Shown here: piece by piece, positions 20,384-31,308 of the stretch
Layout: each line of letters begins with the position of its first letter
How positions within the stretch are numbered: position 1 is the stretch's first letter
From: Bacteroidota bacterium
GTDB lineage: Bacteria; Bacteroidota; Bacteroidia; Flavobacteriales; BACL11
DNA: 64,000 bases
Assembly (NCBI GenBank): GCA_036339955.1
Contig: JAYYZX010000006.1
Span: 68,690-132,689, forward strand
Reading direction: 5' to 3'
Made by a program: the position numbers and the translations under genes
Notes under the pieces: generated by a model
Told to the model about the DNA's origin: nothing
The model's input: only the letters and a program-made list of their open reading frames with translations
Database searches by the model: none

Positions 20384-21232
20384 ATGAAAAAATTTAATAA
20401 TATTGAAAAGATAAAAAAAAGTATTGTCTCTACTATCATAATAAGTATGATTAGCATAAGCGCCTTTACTCAATCATTTTCGCCGTATAATGAAATTGGA
20501 TTAATGTTAGGATCTTCATATTATTTAGGAGAATTAAATAAAACTCATTTTAATGATGTCCAAATTGCAGGAGGCTTATTCTTTCGAAAAAATATTGATA
20601 GAAGATTTGCATACAAAATTGAAGCGATATTAGGGTATCTAAATGGCGATGAACGTGATAATAAAAATGATTCGATTTCTCAAGATAGATATCTCCATTT
20701 TAAATCTCCATTATATGAGTTTTCTACACAAATAGAATTTAACTTTCTGCCATATGAAGTTGGAAATCCACTATATTCGTGGACTCCTTTTGTTTTTTCA
20801 GGTATTTCTGTTTTCCAATTTAATCCAATGGCAGAGAGTCCTAATGGAAATTGGGTGAATCTACAAGAATTAGGTACTGAAGGGCAAGGAACTCCTCAAT
20901 TCCCAGAAAGAAAAAAATATTCCTTAATTCAATTTTCTGTACCAATGGGTGGTGGAATAAAGTTTGCTATTTCTAATTCAACAACTATTATGTTAGAATA
21001 CGGAATGCGGAAAACTTTTACGGATTATTTGGATGACATTAGTACAACATATCCGGGGAAAAATATTATGCAACAATATGGGGATTTAGCTACATATATG
21101 TCTGACCCTACTGATAATCATGTTATGGGAGAGCAAAGAGGTGAAGAAGAAAACAATGATTGGTATTCATTCGCATTCGTTACAATTTCAATTAAATTAA
21201 ATACTAATAGTGAAACATGCTTTTACTACTAA
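20384..21232 (+). CDS. DUF6089/PorG-like outer membrane beta-barrel protein
   Basis: YYLGEL, EFNF, LGTEGQ, RKTFTDYLDD, NDWY; position before uppS-bamA. Confidence 0.75.
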   Translation: MKKFNNIEKIKKSIVSTIIISMISISAFTQSFSPYNEIGLMLGSSYYLGELNKTHFNDVQIAGGLFFRKNIDRRFAYKIEAILGYLNGDERDNKNDSISQDRYLHFKSPLYEFSTQIEFNFLPYEVGNPLYSWTPFVFSGISVFQFNPMAESPNGNWVNLQELGTEGQGTPQFPERKKYSLIQFSVPMGGGIKFAISNSTTIMLEYGMRKTFTDYLDDISTTYPGKNIMQQYGDLATYMSDPTDNHVMGEQRGEEENNDWYSFAFVTISIKLNTNSETCFYY

Positions 21233-21251
21233 AAGAGAGTCGTTCAATATT

Positions 21252-21959
21252 ATGATAGAACCAGTCAATAAATCAATTCCTAAACATATTGCTATAATAA
21301 TGGATGGTAATGGACGTTGGGCAGAAAAAAAAGGGAAATTACGAGTTTTTGGACATAGAAATGGTATTAAATCTGTGAAGGAAATCGTTGAAGGAAGTGC
21401 CGAGCTTGGAATAAAGTATTTAACTCTATTTGCATTTTCAACAGAAAACTGGAAAAGGCCAAAAAGAGAAATTAATGCATTAATGAAGCTCTTAGTCAAT
21501 AGTATAAAAAATGAAAAACAGATTTTAATGAAAAATGACATTTCTGTTAAAGTAATTGGAGAAATAGACACTTTACCTAGAGCATGTATAATGGAACTAA
21601 GATCTCTTATAAAAGAGACGGAAAATAATAAGAAAATGACCTTAATATTAGCGTTAAGCTACAGTAGTAGATGGGAGATCCTGCATGCAGTTAAAAATAT
21701 CATACATCAAAATATTAAAACAGATGATATAAATGAAGAATTATTTTCACAATATCTGGCTACCAAGAACGTTCCTGATCCTGAGCTTATAATTAGGACA
21801 AGTGGGGAATTTAGAGTAAGTAATTTTTTGTTATGGCAAATAGCCTATGCAGAACTTTATTTTACAGAAACTCTTTGGCCAGATTTTAGGAAATCTGATT
21901 TAAAAAAAGCTGTTTTAGAATATCAAAAAAGAGATAGGCGATTTGGGAAAGTACATTAA
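21252..21959 (+). CDS. uppS: Undecaprenyl diphosphate synthase (start probably ATG 21252)
   Basis: HIAIIMDGNGRWA, FSTENWKRP, IRTSGEFRVSNFLLWQ. Confidence 0.96.
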   Translation: MIEPVNKSIPKHIAIIMDGNGRWAEKKGKLRVFGHRNGIKSVKEIVEGSAELGIKYLTLFAFSTENWKRPKREINALMKLLVNSIKNEKQILMKNDISVKVIGEIDTLPRACIMELRSLIKETENNKKMTLILALSYSSRWEILHAVKNIIHQNIKTDDINEELFSQYLATKNVPDPELIIRTSGEFRVSNFLLWQIAYAELYFTETLWPDFRKSDLKKAVLEYQKRDRRFGKVH

Positions 21960-24492
21960 CATAAAAAACAATTTAATTAAATTCCTATTAATAGTAATCG
22001 GGGTTTTATTTAGTATTAATAGCATTGGGCAAGAAACAGTAATAGATCTTGATTATACTAATCCACAAGAATACGTAATAGGTGGAATCTCTATTTCAGG
22101 AGCAGATAATCTCAGTAAATCTACTCTTATCCAAATCAGTGAACTTGAAATTGGAGAAACTATAATAATCCCAGGGAATAAAATTAAAAAAGCTATCAAA
22201 AAATTATGGGATCAAGGATTGTTTTCAAATATATCCATTGATGTTATAGATGTAGTAGAAAATAATATATTTTTAACTATTTATTTAAAAGAACATGTTA
22301 GATTATCCAAATTTAAATTTGAAGGGAAAATACGAAAATCTGAAATTAGTGATTTAAAAGAAAAATTAAGATTAATGAGAGGTAAAATTTTAACTAAAAA
22401 TCTTATTACTAATTGTATAAATACAATAAAAGCATACTATATTGAAAAAGGCTATTTGTATATCAATGTTAAAGATAGTGTATATACTGACACTACTATT
22501 ACAAAATCTGACATATTAGTTTTTAATATTGAAAAAGGTAAAAAAATAAAAATAAAAAAAATAAACATTACTGGTAGAAGCAAAATATTAAATACTGAAA
22601 AAAGAATTTGGAATAATAAAGATTCTATTTATGCAATTAGTAATTATAGAATAAAAAAAATATTTGAAGAGACTAAAGAAAAAAAGTGGTGGAGAATCTT
22701 TAAATCCTCAAAATTTATTGAAAGTAATTATGAAGCAGAAAAAAAATCTCTTATTGCTAAATACAATGAAAAAGGATATAGAGATGCTCGAATATTAAAT
22801 GACTCTATATATAAAAATAATGATAATACAATTAGTATTGAAGTTAATCTTATAGAAGGAGAAGTATATACATTTGGAAAAATAACTTGGATAGGGAATA
22901 CAATATATGATAATGAGACATTAACAAAAATTCTAAAAATAAAACAAGGTGATATCTTTAATCAATCTATTCTAGATTCTAGGATTTCAGGAGGTGTGGA
23001 AGGAAAGGATATATCATCATTATATATGGATGATGGATATTTATTTTTTAGAGCACACCCAATAGAAATTAGTACAGAAAATAATGAAATTGATTTTCAA
23101 ATTCGTATTAAGGAAGGGGAACAAGCAAGAATTAACAAGGTTTCAGTAACTGGGAATACAAAAACAAATGATCACGTTATAATGCGGGAGATTAGAACTC
23201 GTCCAGGAGATTTATTTAAACGGAATGAAGTTATTCGTTCACAAAGAGAATTAGCTCAATTACAATATTTTGACCCTGAACAATTTGATGTGCAAATAAA
23301 TCCTGACCCAGTACAAAACTCTGTTGATATTACATATCAAGTAGCTGAAAAATCAACTGATCAAATTAATCTACAAGGAGGTTGGGGTGGAGGATATATT
23401 GTTGGTTCTCTTGGATTGAGATTTACAAATTTTTCTTCAAGCAGAATTTTAAAAAAGAATGCATGGGACCCTATCCCTGCTGGTGATGGGCAAACTCTTT
23501 CCCTTTCAGCGTCTTCTAATGGGAGGTATTACCAAAGCTATAATATATCATTTGTTGAGCCATGGTTAGGAGGAAAAAAACCAAACTCATTCTCTATTTC
23601 AGCATATAGATCTCTGTATTCTCTTTCTGGATCTAGCAATTCCCAATCACAGTCTACAGAATTACTTGGAGGATCTATTGGTTTAGGTAAAAGATTAAAA
23701 TATCCTGATGACTATTTTACATTATATAATGGCATCTCAATTCAACATTATAAATTAGAGAATTCGACTAATTTTATTTTTCAAGATGGCATGTCTAATA
23801 ATATCAGTTATACTATTAGACTAGGCAGAAATTCTGTAGATCAATTAGTATTTCCTAGAAGCGGATCTAATATCTCATTAAGTCTAAAAGCTACACCTCC
23901 ATATTCTATATTAAATCCAGTTGATAATTATGCTAATCTAACATCTCAAGAAAAATATGCTTGGATTGAATATTATAAATGGAAATTTAAATCCGCCTGG
24001 TTTTCAGCATTTACAGCGAAGTTAGTTTTAAATACCAATATTGAAATGGGATTATTAGGGTCTTATAATGATGATTTAGGGCTTTCTCCATTCGAAAGAT
24101 TCTATGTAGGAGGAGATGGGTTAAGTGGTATGGGAGCAATGTTTGATGGAAGAGAAATGATTTCATTAAGAGGATATAACAACAATTCAATCTCTCCTAT
24201 AACTGGGGCTAGTATTTACAACAAATATACAACTGAATTGAGGTATGCCTTAAGTTTGAATCCTTCTTCTACAGTTTATATATTATCATTTTTAGAGGCA
24301 GGAAATGCGTGGGATAATTATGATTACTTTAATCCATTTGGCGTAAAACGATCTGCTGGATTTGGCATTAGAATTATGTTACCTATGATAGGAATGATGG
24401 GTGTAGATTATGGGTGGGGATTTGATAATATACCTAATAATCCTAATGCTAATGGCGGTCAATTTCATTTCTCAATTGGTCAGCAATTTTAA
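21943..24492 (+). CDS. bamA: Outer membrane protein assembly factor BamA (TTG start overlapping uppS)
   Basis: Multiple POTRA repeats, GNTKTNDHVIMRE, LRGY, C-terminal FHFSIGQQF. Confidence 0.95.
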   Translation: MGKYINIKNNLIKFLLIVIGVLFSINSIGQETVIDLDYTNPQEYVIGGISISGADNLSKSTLIQISELEIGETIIIPGNKIKKAIKKLWDQGLFSNISIDVIDVVENNIFLTIYLKEHVRLSKFKFEGKIRKSEISDLKEKLRLMRGKILTKNLITNCINTIKAYYIEKGYLYINVKDSVYTDTTITKSDILVFNIEKGKKIKIKKINITGRSKILNTEKRIWNNKDSIYAISNYRIKKIFEETKEKKWWRIFKSSKFIESNYEAEKKSLIAKYNEKGYRDARILNDSIYKNNDNTISIEVNLIEGEVYTFGKITWIGNTIYDNETLTKILKIKQGDIFNQSILDSRISGGVEGKDISSLYMDDGYLFFRAHPIEISTENNEIDFQIRIKEGEQARINKVSVTGNTKTNDHVIMREIRTRPGDLFKRNEVIRSQRELAQLQYFDPEQFDVQINPDPVQNSVDITYQVAEKSTDQINLQGGWGGGYIVGSLGLRFTNFSSSRILKKNAWDPIPAGDGQTLSLSASSNGRYYQSYNISFVEPWLGGKKPNSFSISAYRSLYSLSGSSNSQSQSTELLGGSIGLGKRLKYPDDYFTLYNGISIQHYKLENSTNFIFQDGMSNNISYTIRLGRNSVDQLVFPRSGSNISLSLKATPPYSILNPVDNYANLTSQEKYAWIEYYKWKFKSAWFSAFTAKLVLNTNIEMGLLGSYNDDLGLSPFERFYVGGDGLSGMGAMFDGREMISLRGYNNNSISPITGASIYNKYTTELRYALSLNPSSTVYILSFLEAGNAWDNYDYFNPFGVKRSAGFGIRIMLPMIGMMGVDYGWGFDNIPNNPNANGGQFHFSIGQQF

Positions 24493-24516
24493 TTATCTTT
24501 GTGCGTTATTACAGAT

Positions 24517-25023
24517 ATGAAAAAAATTATCTTTATTTTCTTATTTATACTCACATTCTTTTTTTGTGAAGCTCAAAAATTTGCTTATGTAGATACAGAG
24601 TATATATTAAATAAGATTCCTGATTATAGTCAAGCTCAAGATAAATTAGATGCTATTTCACTAGAATTCCAAAAAAATATTGAGCAAAAATATACAGAGA
24701 TTGATCAACTATTTAAATCTTATCAAGAAGAACAAGTTTTACTTACAAGTGAAATGAAGAAAAAAAGAGAGGCAATAATTATTGAGAAAGAAAAAGAAGT
24801 GAAAAATATACAGCAAAAATATTTTGGTCCAGAAGGAGAATTGTACAAAAAAAGACAAGAACTAATTAAGCCTATTCAACAGAAGATATATGATGCTATA
24901 CAGCTCCTTGCAGAAAACAATAAATATACAGTAGTTTTTGATAGTTCTAGTGATCTTATCATGTTATATACAAATAAAAATTTAGATAAGAGTGATGAAG
25001 TATTAAAAATAATGGGATATTAA
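24517..25023 (+). CDS. skp: OmpH/Skp periplasmic chaperone
   Basis: AQKFAYVDTEYIL, FGPEGEL..KRQELIKPIQ. Confidence 0.9.
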   Translation: MKKIIFIFLFILTFFFCEAQKFAYVDTEYILNKIPDYSQAQDKLDAISLEFQKNIEQKYTEIDQLFKSYQEEQVLLTSEMKKKREAIIIEKEKEVKNIQQKYFGPEGELYKKRQELIKPIQQKIYDAIQLLAENNKYTVVFDSSSDLIMLYTNKNLDKSDEVLKIMGY

Positions 25024-25048
25024 AAATTAATTATTAAAAAATAAAATT

Positions 25049-25540
25049 ATGAAAAAAATAAAATTATTAGTGCTATTATTCATGTTTACTATTAATGGAT
25101 TTTCGCAAACTAAAATAGCTCATGTAGCAATAGATGAAATAATACGTATAATGCCTGCTGTGCAAGATTTTGAGAAAAACATAAAAAGTTATATTGACAA
25201 GGAGCAAATAGTAATAGAAACAATGGTTGCAGAACTTCAATCTAAAACTCAAGAATATGAAACCAATTGGAATTCATATGATGACCCAAAAAAACAAAAT
25301 GCAGAAATTGATTTACAACAAATGCAGCAGAGAATCGCTTTATATAAACAAAATATAGAACAACAAGTAGAAAAAAAGAAAGCTGATGCCTGGGCTCCTA
25401 TTGAGGATAATATAAGCAAAGCAATAGAAAATGTTGCCAAAGAAGGTGGATATACATATATTGTAGATTCAGCAGTACTACACTATGCAGACAAAAATTC
25501 GGATGTTACTTCTTTAGTTAGAAAGGAGCTAGGCCTTTAA
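25049..25540 (+). CDS. skp: OmpH/Skp periplasmic chaperone (second paralog)
   Basis: KIAHV, coiled coil, AIENVAKEGGYTYI, DVT..VRKELG. Confidence 0.88.
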   Translation: MKKIKLLVLLFMFTINGFSQTKIAHVAIDEIIRIMPAVQDFEKNIKSYIDKEQIVIETMVAELQSKTQEYETNWNSYDDPKKQNAEIDLQQMQQRIALYKQNIEQQVEKKKADAWAPIEDNISKAIENVAKEGGYTYIVDSAVLHYADKNSDVTSLVRKELGL

Positions 25541-25560
25541 AAGATTTTTTCTTTTAAAAA

Positions 25561-26358
25561 ATGTATAATCCTATTGGTATATTTGATTCTGGAATTGGAG
25601 GTCTTACAATAGCTCATGCATTAAAAGAAAAATTACCTAAAGAATCTATAATATATTTTGGAGATACAGAGCATCTCCCATATGGTAGAAAATCAAACAA
25701 AGCAATATGTAATTTTAGTAAAGCTATTACATCTTTCTTGAAATCAAAAAATTGCAAAGCAATTATTATAGCATGTAATAGCGCATCATCTGTTGCTTAT
25801 AAAGAAGTTATAAAATTTGCTGGAGGAATCCCTGTTTTTAATGTTATTGACCCTGTGATAAATTATGTTTCTAAGCATTGTAAAAACAGTATTGTAGGAG
25901 TAATCGGAACAAAAGCGACAATTAACTCCAATATTTATTTTAAGAAAATAACTACGCTTTCTTCAAATATCAAAGTAAAATCACTAGCAACACCCCTACT
26001 AGCACCTATGATTGAAGAAGGTTTTATAAATCAAAAAATAAGTAAAGCAATTATTGAAAATTATCTTTCTAACAAAAAACTGAAAAGTATTGATAATATA
26101 ATACTAGCATGTACTCACTATTCATTAATTAGTGATGAAATAGATACCCTTTATAATAAAAAAATTAATATAATTGACTCGCCAAATATTATCAGTAATA
26201 ATATATTAACCGAATTAAAAAAATTAAACTTAACGTCAAACTTAAGAGCTCCTTCTTATCATTTCTATGTTTCTAACTACACAGAATCATTTGAAAATAG
26301 TGCTAGAGTATTTTTTCAAGAAAATATTAAATTAGAGGGTATAAAAATTTGGCATTAA
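25561..26358 (+). CDS. murI: Glutamate racemase
   Basis: FDSGIGG, PYG.KS, IACNSAS, LACTHY. Confidence 0.96.
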   Translation: MYNPIGIFDSGIGGLTIAHALKEKLPKESIIYFGDTEHLPYGRKSNKAICNFSKAITSFLKSKNCKAIIIACNSASSVAYKEVIKFAGGIPVFNVIDPVINYVSKHCKNSIVGVIGTKATINSNIYFKKITTLSSNIKVKSLATPLLAPMIEEGFINQKISKAIIENYLSNKKLKSIDNIILACTHYSLISDEIDTLYNKKINIIDSPNIISNNILTELKKLNLTSNLRAPSYHFYVSNYTESFENSARVFFQENIKLEGIKIWH

Positions 26359-26370
26359 AATTAAACTAAA

Positions 26371-26955
26371 ATGAATTATAGTATTTATATGGAAAGCACT
26401 CCTAATCCTTCAGTAATGAAATTTGTTTCAAATCAAATTTTAATAAATAATAGTCATGAATTCTTAAATATTAAAGCAGCAGAAAAATTTGATCTTGCTA
26501 AAGCTATTTTTACTTTCCCTTTTGTAAAAAGTGTTTTTATAAGTAATAATTTTATATCCATAACTAAAATTGATAATGCAATAGATTGGCAAGATATTGC
26601 TCAACATATAAGGATATTTATTTTAGAAGAATTGAATTCTGGAATATTAAAAAACCAAGATAGCACTCTACAAAACAGTAAATCAAAAAATAATGTACAA
26701 ACTAAAATAAAAAAGTATACTGATATTGAAAAAAAAATAAATATAATATTACAGGAATATATAACTCCTTTAGTAGAATCAGATGGAGGCTATATTAGTT
26801 TAAAGTCATTTCATAATGGAATAGTTACTGTAAGTCTAAAAGGGGCTTGTAGTGGTTGTCCTTCTTCTACAATTACACTTAAAAATGGCATAGAAAGTAT
26901 ATTAAAAGAAAAAATTGGAGGACAAATTAAAGATGTAATAGCCTCCGAAGATTAA
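26371..26955 (+). CDS. NfuA-type Fe-S carrier (Nfu_N plus NifU domain)
   Basis: [30 protein letters not shown]. Confidence 0.9.
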   Translation: MNYSIYMESTPNPSVMKFVSNQILINNSHEFLNIKAAEKFDLAKAIFTFPFVKSVFISNNFISITKIDNAIDWQDIAQHIRIFILEELNSGILKNQDSTLQNSKSKNNVQTKIKKYTDIEKKINIILQEYITPLVESDGGYISLKSFHNGIVTVSLKGACSGCPSSTITLKNGIESILKEKIGGQIKDVIASED

Positions 26956-27263
26956 GAATGTAGTTTTTGTTTTTTTACTAATAGCTCGTCTTGAGTTTCT
27001 ATATGATTCTCGTCAGGAAGACAGCAATCTACTGGGCAAACTGCAGCGCATTGAGGCTCATCAAAAAACCCTATACATTCAGTACACTTATCTGTTACTA
27101 TATAATAAAAATCCTCTTCTAGTGGGTCTTGTGTAGTATTATCTGTTAACGTTGTCCCGTCAGAAAATTTCCATACTTCATCCCCTTCGTAAATTGCATT
27201 ATTTGGGCATTCTGGCTCACAGGCTCCACAATTAATACAGTCATCTGTAATTTTAATTGCCAT
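26952..27263 (-). CDS. 2x[4Fe-4S] ferredoxin (YfhL-like)
   Basis: [12 protein letters not shown] and CTECIG...[10 protein letters not shown]. Confidence 0.93.
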   Translation of the reverse strand: MAIKITDDCINCGACEPECPNNAIYEGDEVWKFSDGTTLTDNTTQDPLEEDFYYIVTDKCTECIGFFDEPQCAAVCPVDCCLPDENHIETQDELLVKKQKLHS

Positions 27264-27338
27264 ATTAAATTTTTAATAAAAATATATAATTTAAAGATGT
27301 ATTTGTTATATTAATCATAATATAAGCGCTATTGAAAA

Positions 27339-28529
27339 TCAAATTCCTAAAGATTTACTTATATTATTATTAAGTAATAAATTAATTGGATCTTCCAAAG
27401 CTTCTTTAATTCTACATAAAAATTGTACAGAATCTTTACCGTCAATGATTCTGTGATCATATGAAAGCGCTAAATACATCATTGGTTTTATTTCCATTTT
27501 TCCTTCTTGAACAATTACTCTTTCTACAATATTATGCATTCCTAGAATTGCAGATTGTGGCGGATTAATAATAGGGGTAGACAGCATAGACCCGAAAACA
27601 CCTCCATTAGTAATAGTAAATGTCCCTCCTAACATTTCTTGGATTGTAATTTTTCCTTCTCTTGCTTTTATTGCTAATTCCCTAATATTAGATTCGATAT
27701 TAGCAAAACTCATATTCTGTGTATTTCGTAAGACTGGAACCATTAATCCCTTTGGGGCGCTAACTGCAATTCCAATATCAATGTAATGATGATATATTAT
27801 TTCATCACCATTAATCATGGCATTTACATTTTCAAAATCTAGCAATGCAATGGTAACTGCCTTAGTGAAAAATGACATAAAACCTAATCCTACATCGTGT
27901 TTCTTTTCGAATTTTGCCTTATACTTCTTTCTTAAATTTATTATTTCAGACATATCCACTTCATTAAAAGTAGTTAAGATTGCTGCTTCATTTTTAACTC
28001 CAACTAATCTACTTGCTATTTTTTTTCTAAGATTAGACATTTTAATAGTTTTAGTTCCTCGAGAGCCATCTACATCTAATGGATTTATATCAGGGAGGAC
28101 ATCAGATTTTTTAATTTTACCTGAAGATTTTTTAATCCCTAATTCTTTTTTAGATAATTTGTTTGTTTGTATAATTGATGCTGCAAGTGGAGAAGCTTTA
28201 AACAAATTGTCTTTTGGTTTTTTTGATTGCTTTACTTCTGTAACTTCAAGATTCGCTTTTAATGAAGATTTACTCTTTACTGATGACTTCTTTTTAGATG
28301 TATCTATTCTGCATACAATATCTCCTACATTAACTATTGTTTCTTCCTTAACCAGGATAGAAATAACTCCGCTCTCCTCAGCAGGAAGTTCTAATGTCGC
28401 TTTATCCGAATCAATCTCAGCAATTGTTTGATCTTTTTCTACATATTCACCGTCATTCACTAACCATTCAATAATTTCAACTTCTGATATAGATTCTCCT
28501 GGACTTGGAATTCTCATTTCTAATAACAT
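27339..28529 (-). CDS. sucB: Dihydrolipoyllysine succinyltransferase (2-oxoglutarate dehydrogenase E2)
   Basis: Lipoyl [35 protein letters not shown]. Confidence 0.96.
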   Translation of the reverse strand: MLLEMRIPSPGESISEVEIIEWLVNDGEYVEKDQTIAEIDSDKATLELPAEESGVISILVKEETIVNVGDIVCRIDTSKKKSSVKSKSSLKANLEVTEVKQSKKPKDNLFKASPLAASIIQTNKLSKKELGIKKSSGKIKKSDVLPDINPLDVDGSRGTKTIKMSNLRKKIASRLVGVKNEAAILTTFNEVDMSEIINLRKKYKAKFEKKHDVGLGFMSFFTKAVTIALLDFENVNAMINGDEIIYHHYIDIGIAVSAPKGLMVPVLRNTQNMSFANIESNIRELAIKAREGKITIQEMLGGTFTITNGGVFGSMLSTPIINPPQSAILGMHNIVERVIVQEGKMEIKPMMYLALSYDHRIIDGKDSVQFLCRIKEALEDPINLLLNNNISKSLGI

Positions 28530-28532
28530 ATA

Positions 28533-31232
28533 TTAATTTTTAAAAACTTTATCAATTATTTTTTTTTGCCTTAATTTAGAGTATTTTGGAGACCCGCTTG
28601 CAGTAGCAGCACTTTTCTTTCGTGCTATAACAGATATATCATATTTATATAAATTGGATAATATATATGTCCATGCCCCCATATTTTCTGGCTCTTCTTG
28701 TACCCAAATGATTGTTTCTGGCTTATATTTATTTACAATAAAATCTATTTCTTTCCTTGGTAAAGGGTATAATTGCTCGATTCTAACAATCGCTATTTTC
28801 TTATTCTTTAATTCAATTCTTTTTTTCAACAAATCATAATAGATTTTACCACTACAGAAAACTAATTTATGTATTTCTTTGCTTTCGATTTTATCATCAA
28901 TCAAGACATTAAATTTACCTTTAGAGAATTCTTCTAAATTTGATCTACATTCTTTATTCCTTAATAAGCTTTTTGGGGTAAATACTACCAGTGGTTTTCT
29001 AAATTTTCGTTTTAATTGCCTTCTAAGTACATGGAAAAAGTTAGCAGGTGTAGTACAATTTACAATCTGAATATTATTTTGTGCGCAAAGTTGCAAATAG
29101 CGCTCTATTCTTCCTGAGGAATGTTCGGCTCCTTGCCCTTCATACCCATGAGGTAATAAAAGTACTATACCACTCATAATTTTCCATTTATCTTCTGCGC
29201 AACTAATAAATTGATCTATCATAATTTGAGCACCATTACTAAAATCTCCAAATTGTGCTTCCCAAATAGTTAATGTATTAGGTTCTACAATAGAATATCC
29301 ATAATCAAAGCCTAATACACCATACTCTGAAAGATGTGAATTATATGCTTCAAATGTTACATCTGTATTAACCAAACTTAATGGAGATATTTCATTCTCT
29401 GATTCTTCAATCTTAAGGATTGCATGACGATGAGAAAAAGTTCCTCTTTCGACATCTTGTCCACTTAAGCGTATATTAAATCCTTCATTTAACAAAGTAG
29501 CATAAGCTAATAATTCCCCCATAGACCAATCTAATGAATTAGTTAAAATCATATCTTTCCTGTCATTTAATAATTTTTGAGTCTTCTTAAATAACTTTTT
29601 AGAATCAGGAATCTTATACAAATATTGTGCTGTTTTTTTAAGAGTTTGAATATCTACATATGTTTCTGCTTCCTCATCAAAAGTGTCGGTTAATGATCTT
29701 TTAAAATCCTTCCATTCATCTTTTAAAAAAGATTTAATTTTAGATTTTTTAATTTCTTTAGCCTGGTCAAAACGTTGTTCTAATAATTGCTTGAATTCTT
29801 TTTCAAGCTGTTTGACAATCTTTGACTCAACTATTTGTTCTTCAATTAATTTTTTCTGATAAATCTCTCTAGGATTAGGATGTTTTGCAATAATCTTATA
29901 TAATAGTGGTTGTGTAAATCTTGGTTCATCTCCTTCATTATGGCCATATTTTCTATAGCATAATAAATCAATAAATACATCTTTATGGAATTTCTGCCTA
30001 TACTCTGTTGCTATTTGTAAAGTGTGTACTACTGCTTCAACATCATCACCATTAACATGAAAAACTGGAGACAGTGTTACTTTTGCAATATCTGTACAAT
30101 AAATACTAGACCTAGCATCATGATAATTGGTGGTAAATCCTACTTGATTATTTATTACAATATGGATAGTCCCTCCTGTTTTGTATCCATCAAGATTAGA
30201 CATTTGGATAACTTCGTATACTATCCCTTGCCCTGCTAAAGCAGCATCTCCATGTAATAAAATAGGAATAACTTTTTTAGGATCTCCATTATATGCTCTA
30301 TCAATCTTTGCTCTAGAAACTCCTCCTACAACTGGATTTACTGCCTCTAAATGAGAAGGATTTGGAGATAAATTTAATCTTACTGTGTTCCCATTTTCAC
30401 ATTTTTTATTTGAAGTAAAACCTAAATGGTACTTTACATCTCCAGAGATGAAATTGTCCTCATATTCTTTACCTTCAAATTCGGAAAAGATATCTTTATA
30501 TGTTTTATTAAAAATATTAGCTAAAACATTAAGCCTTCCCCTGTGAGCCATTCCCATTACAAATTCCTTAGCTCCTAAAACTGAGCCATGTTCAATAAGA
30601 GCATCTAAGGCAGGAATTAATGATTCTGCTCCTTCTAAAGAGAATCTTTTCTGTCCGACATACTTTCTATGTAAAAAATTTTCAAAAGCAACAGCTTGAT
30701 TTAATTTATGAAAAATATGTTGTTTCTCTTGAGTTGTGAATTTTGGGGTATTTGAGTTCTTATGAAGTTTGTTTTTTATCCAATTAATTTCCTTAGATTT
30801 TTTGATATACATATATTCAACACCAATGGACTGACAATAAACTTTTTCTAAATGACTAATAATATCAGTAAGGGGTGACGCTCCAATTCCTACTTCATTT
30901 CCTGCTTGAAAAATAGTTTGTAAATCTGTTTCTTCTAATCCAAAATTATTAATATCTAAATTAGGATGGTATTTTCTTCTTTCTCTTACTGGATTAGTTT
31001 GAGTAAATAAATGGCCCCTGTTCCTATAGTCATCAATAAGGTTTATAACTTTGAATTCTTTTTCAAAACTCTTAGGAATATCCTCTGATAAGTATGTAGA
31101 TTGTGCAAAATCAAATCCTTGAAAAAAATCACGCCATTCTTTATTTACTGTCTTAGGGTCTTTTAAAAAGTCGTGATACATGCTGTCAATAAGTTCAGTA
31201 TGTGCAGATCCTAAAAAAGAAAATTTATCCAT
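28533..31232 (-). CDS. sucA: 2-oxoglutarate dehydrogenase E1
   Basis: KRFSLEG, MAHRGRLN, HGDAA, WEAQFGDF, PHGYEGQGAEHSS. Confidence 0.97.
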   Translation of the reverse strand: MDKFSFLGSAHTELIDSMYHDFLKDPKTVNKEWRDFFQGFDFAQSTYLSEDIPKSFEKEFKVINLIDDYRNRGHLFTQTNPVRERRKYHPNLDINNFGLEETDLQTIFQAGNEVGIGASPLTDIISHLEKVYCQSIGVEYMYIKKSKEINWIKNKLHKNSNTPKFTTQEKQHIFHKLNQAVAFENFLHRKYVGQKRFSLEGAESLIPALDALIEHGSVLGAKEFVMGMAHRGRLNVLANIFNKTYKDIFSEFEGKEYEDNFISGDVKYHLGFTSNKKCENGNTVRLNLSPNPSHLEAVNPVVGGVSRAKIDRAYNGDPKKVIPILLHGDAALAGQGIVYEVIQMSNLDGYKTGGTIHIVINNQVGFTTNYHDARSSIYCTDIAKVTLSPVFHVNGDDVEAVVHTLQIATEYRQKFHKDVFIDLLCYRKYGHNEGDEPRFTQPLLYKIIAKHPNPREIYQKKLIEEQIVESKIVKQLEKEFKQLLEQRFDQAKEIKKSKIKSFLKDEWKDFKRSLTDTFDEEAETYVDIQTLKKTAQYLYKIPDSKKLFKKTQKLLNDRKDMILTNSLDWSMGELLAYATLLNEGFNIRLSGQDVERGTFSHRHAILKIEESENEISPLSLVNTDVTFEAYNSHLSEYGVLGFDYGYSIVEPNTLTIWEAQFGDFSNGAQIMIDQFISCAEDKWKIMSGIVLLLPHGYEGQGAEHSSGRIERYLQLCAQNNIQIVNCTTPANFFHVLRRQLKRKFRKPLVVFTPKSLLRNKECRSNLEEFSKGKFNVLIDDKIESKEIHKLVFCSGKIYYDLLKKRIELKNKKIAIVRIEQLYPLPRKEIDFIVNKYKPETIIWVQEEPENMGAWTYILSNLYKYDISVIARKKSAATASGSPKYSKLRQKKIIDKVFKN

Positions 31233-31308
31233 ACATTAGTATTAATTACTTAATAACAAAACTATTTATTTTTATTCATTTATTTAGAAAAAAATAAAAC
31301 TAATAATA

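Noticed and set aside
27817-28431. 204-aa plus-strand ORF inside sucB, and similar antisense ORFs in actB, nadK, uppS, tsf, rpsB, pdxA and fabH
   Set aside because: Fully antisense to conserved genes, Ser/Phe/Ile-rich shadow composition, no motifs
31279-31303. Second TTATTTAGA half-site upstream of sucA
   Set aside because: The right half is not complementary; consistent with AT-rich background
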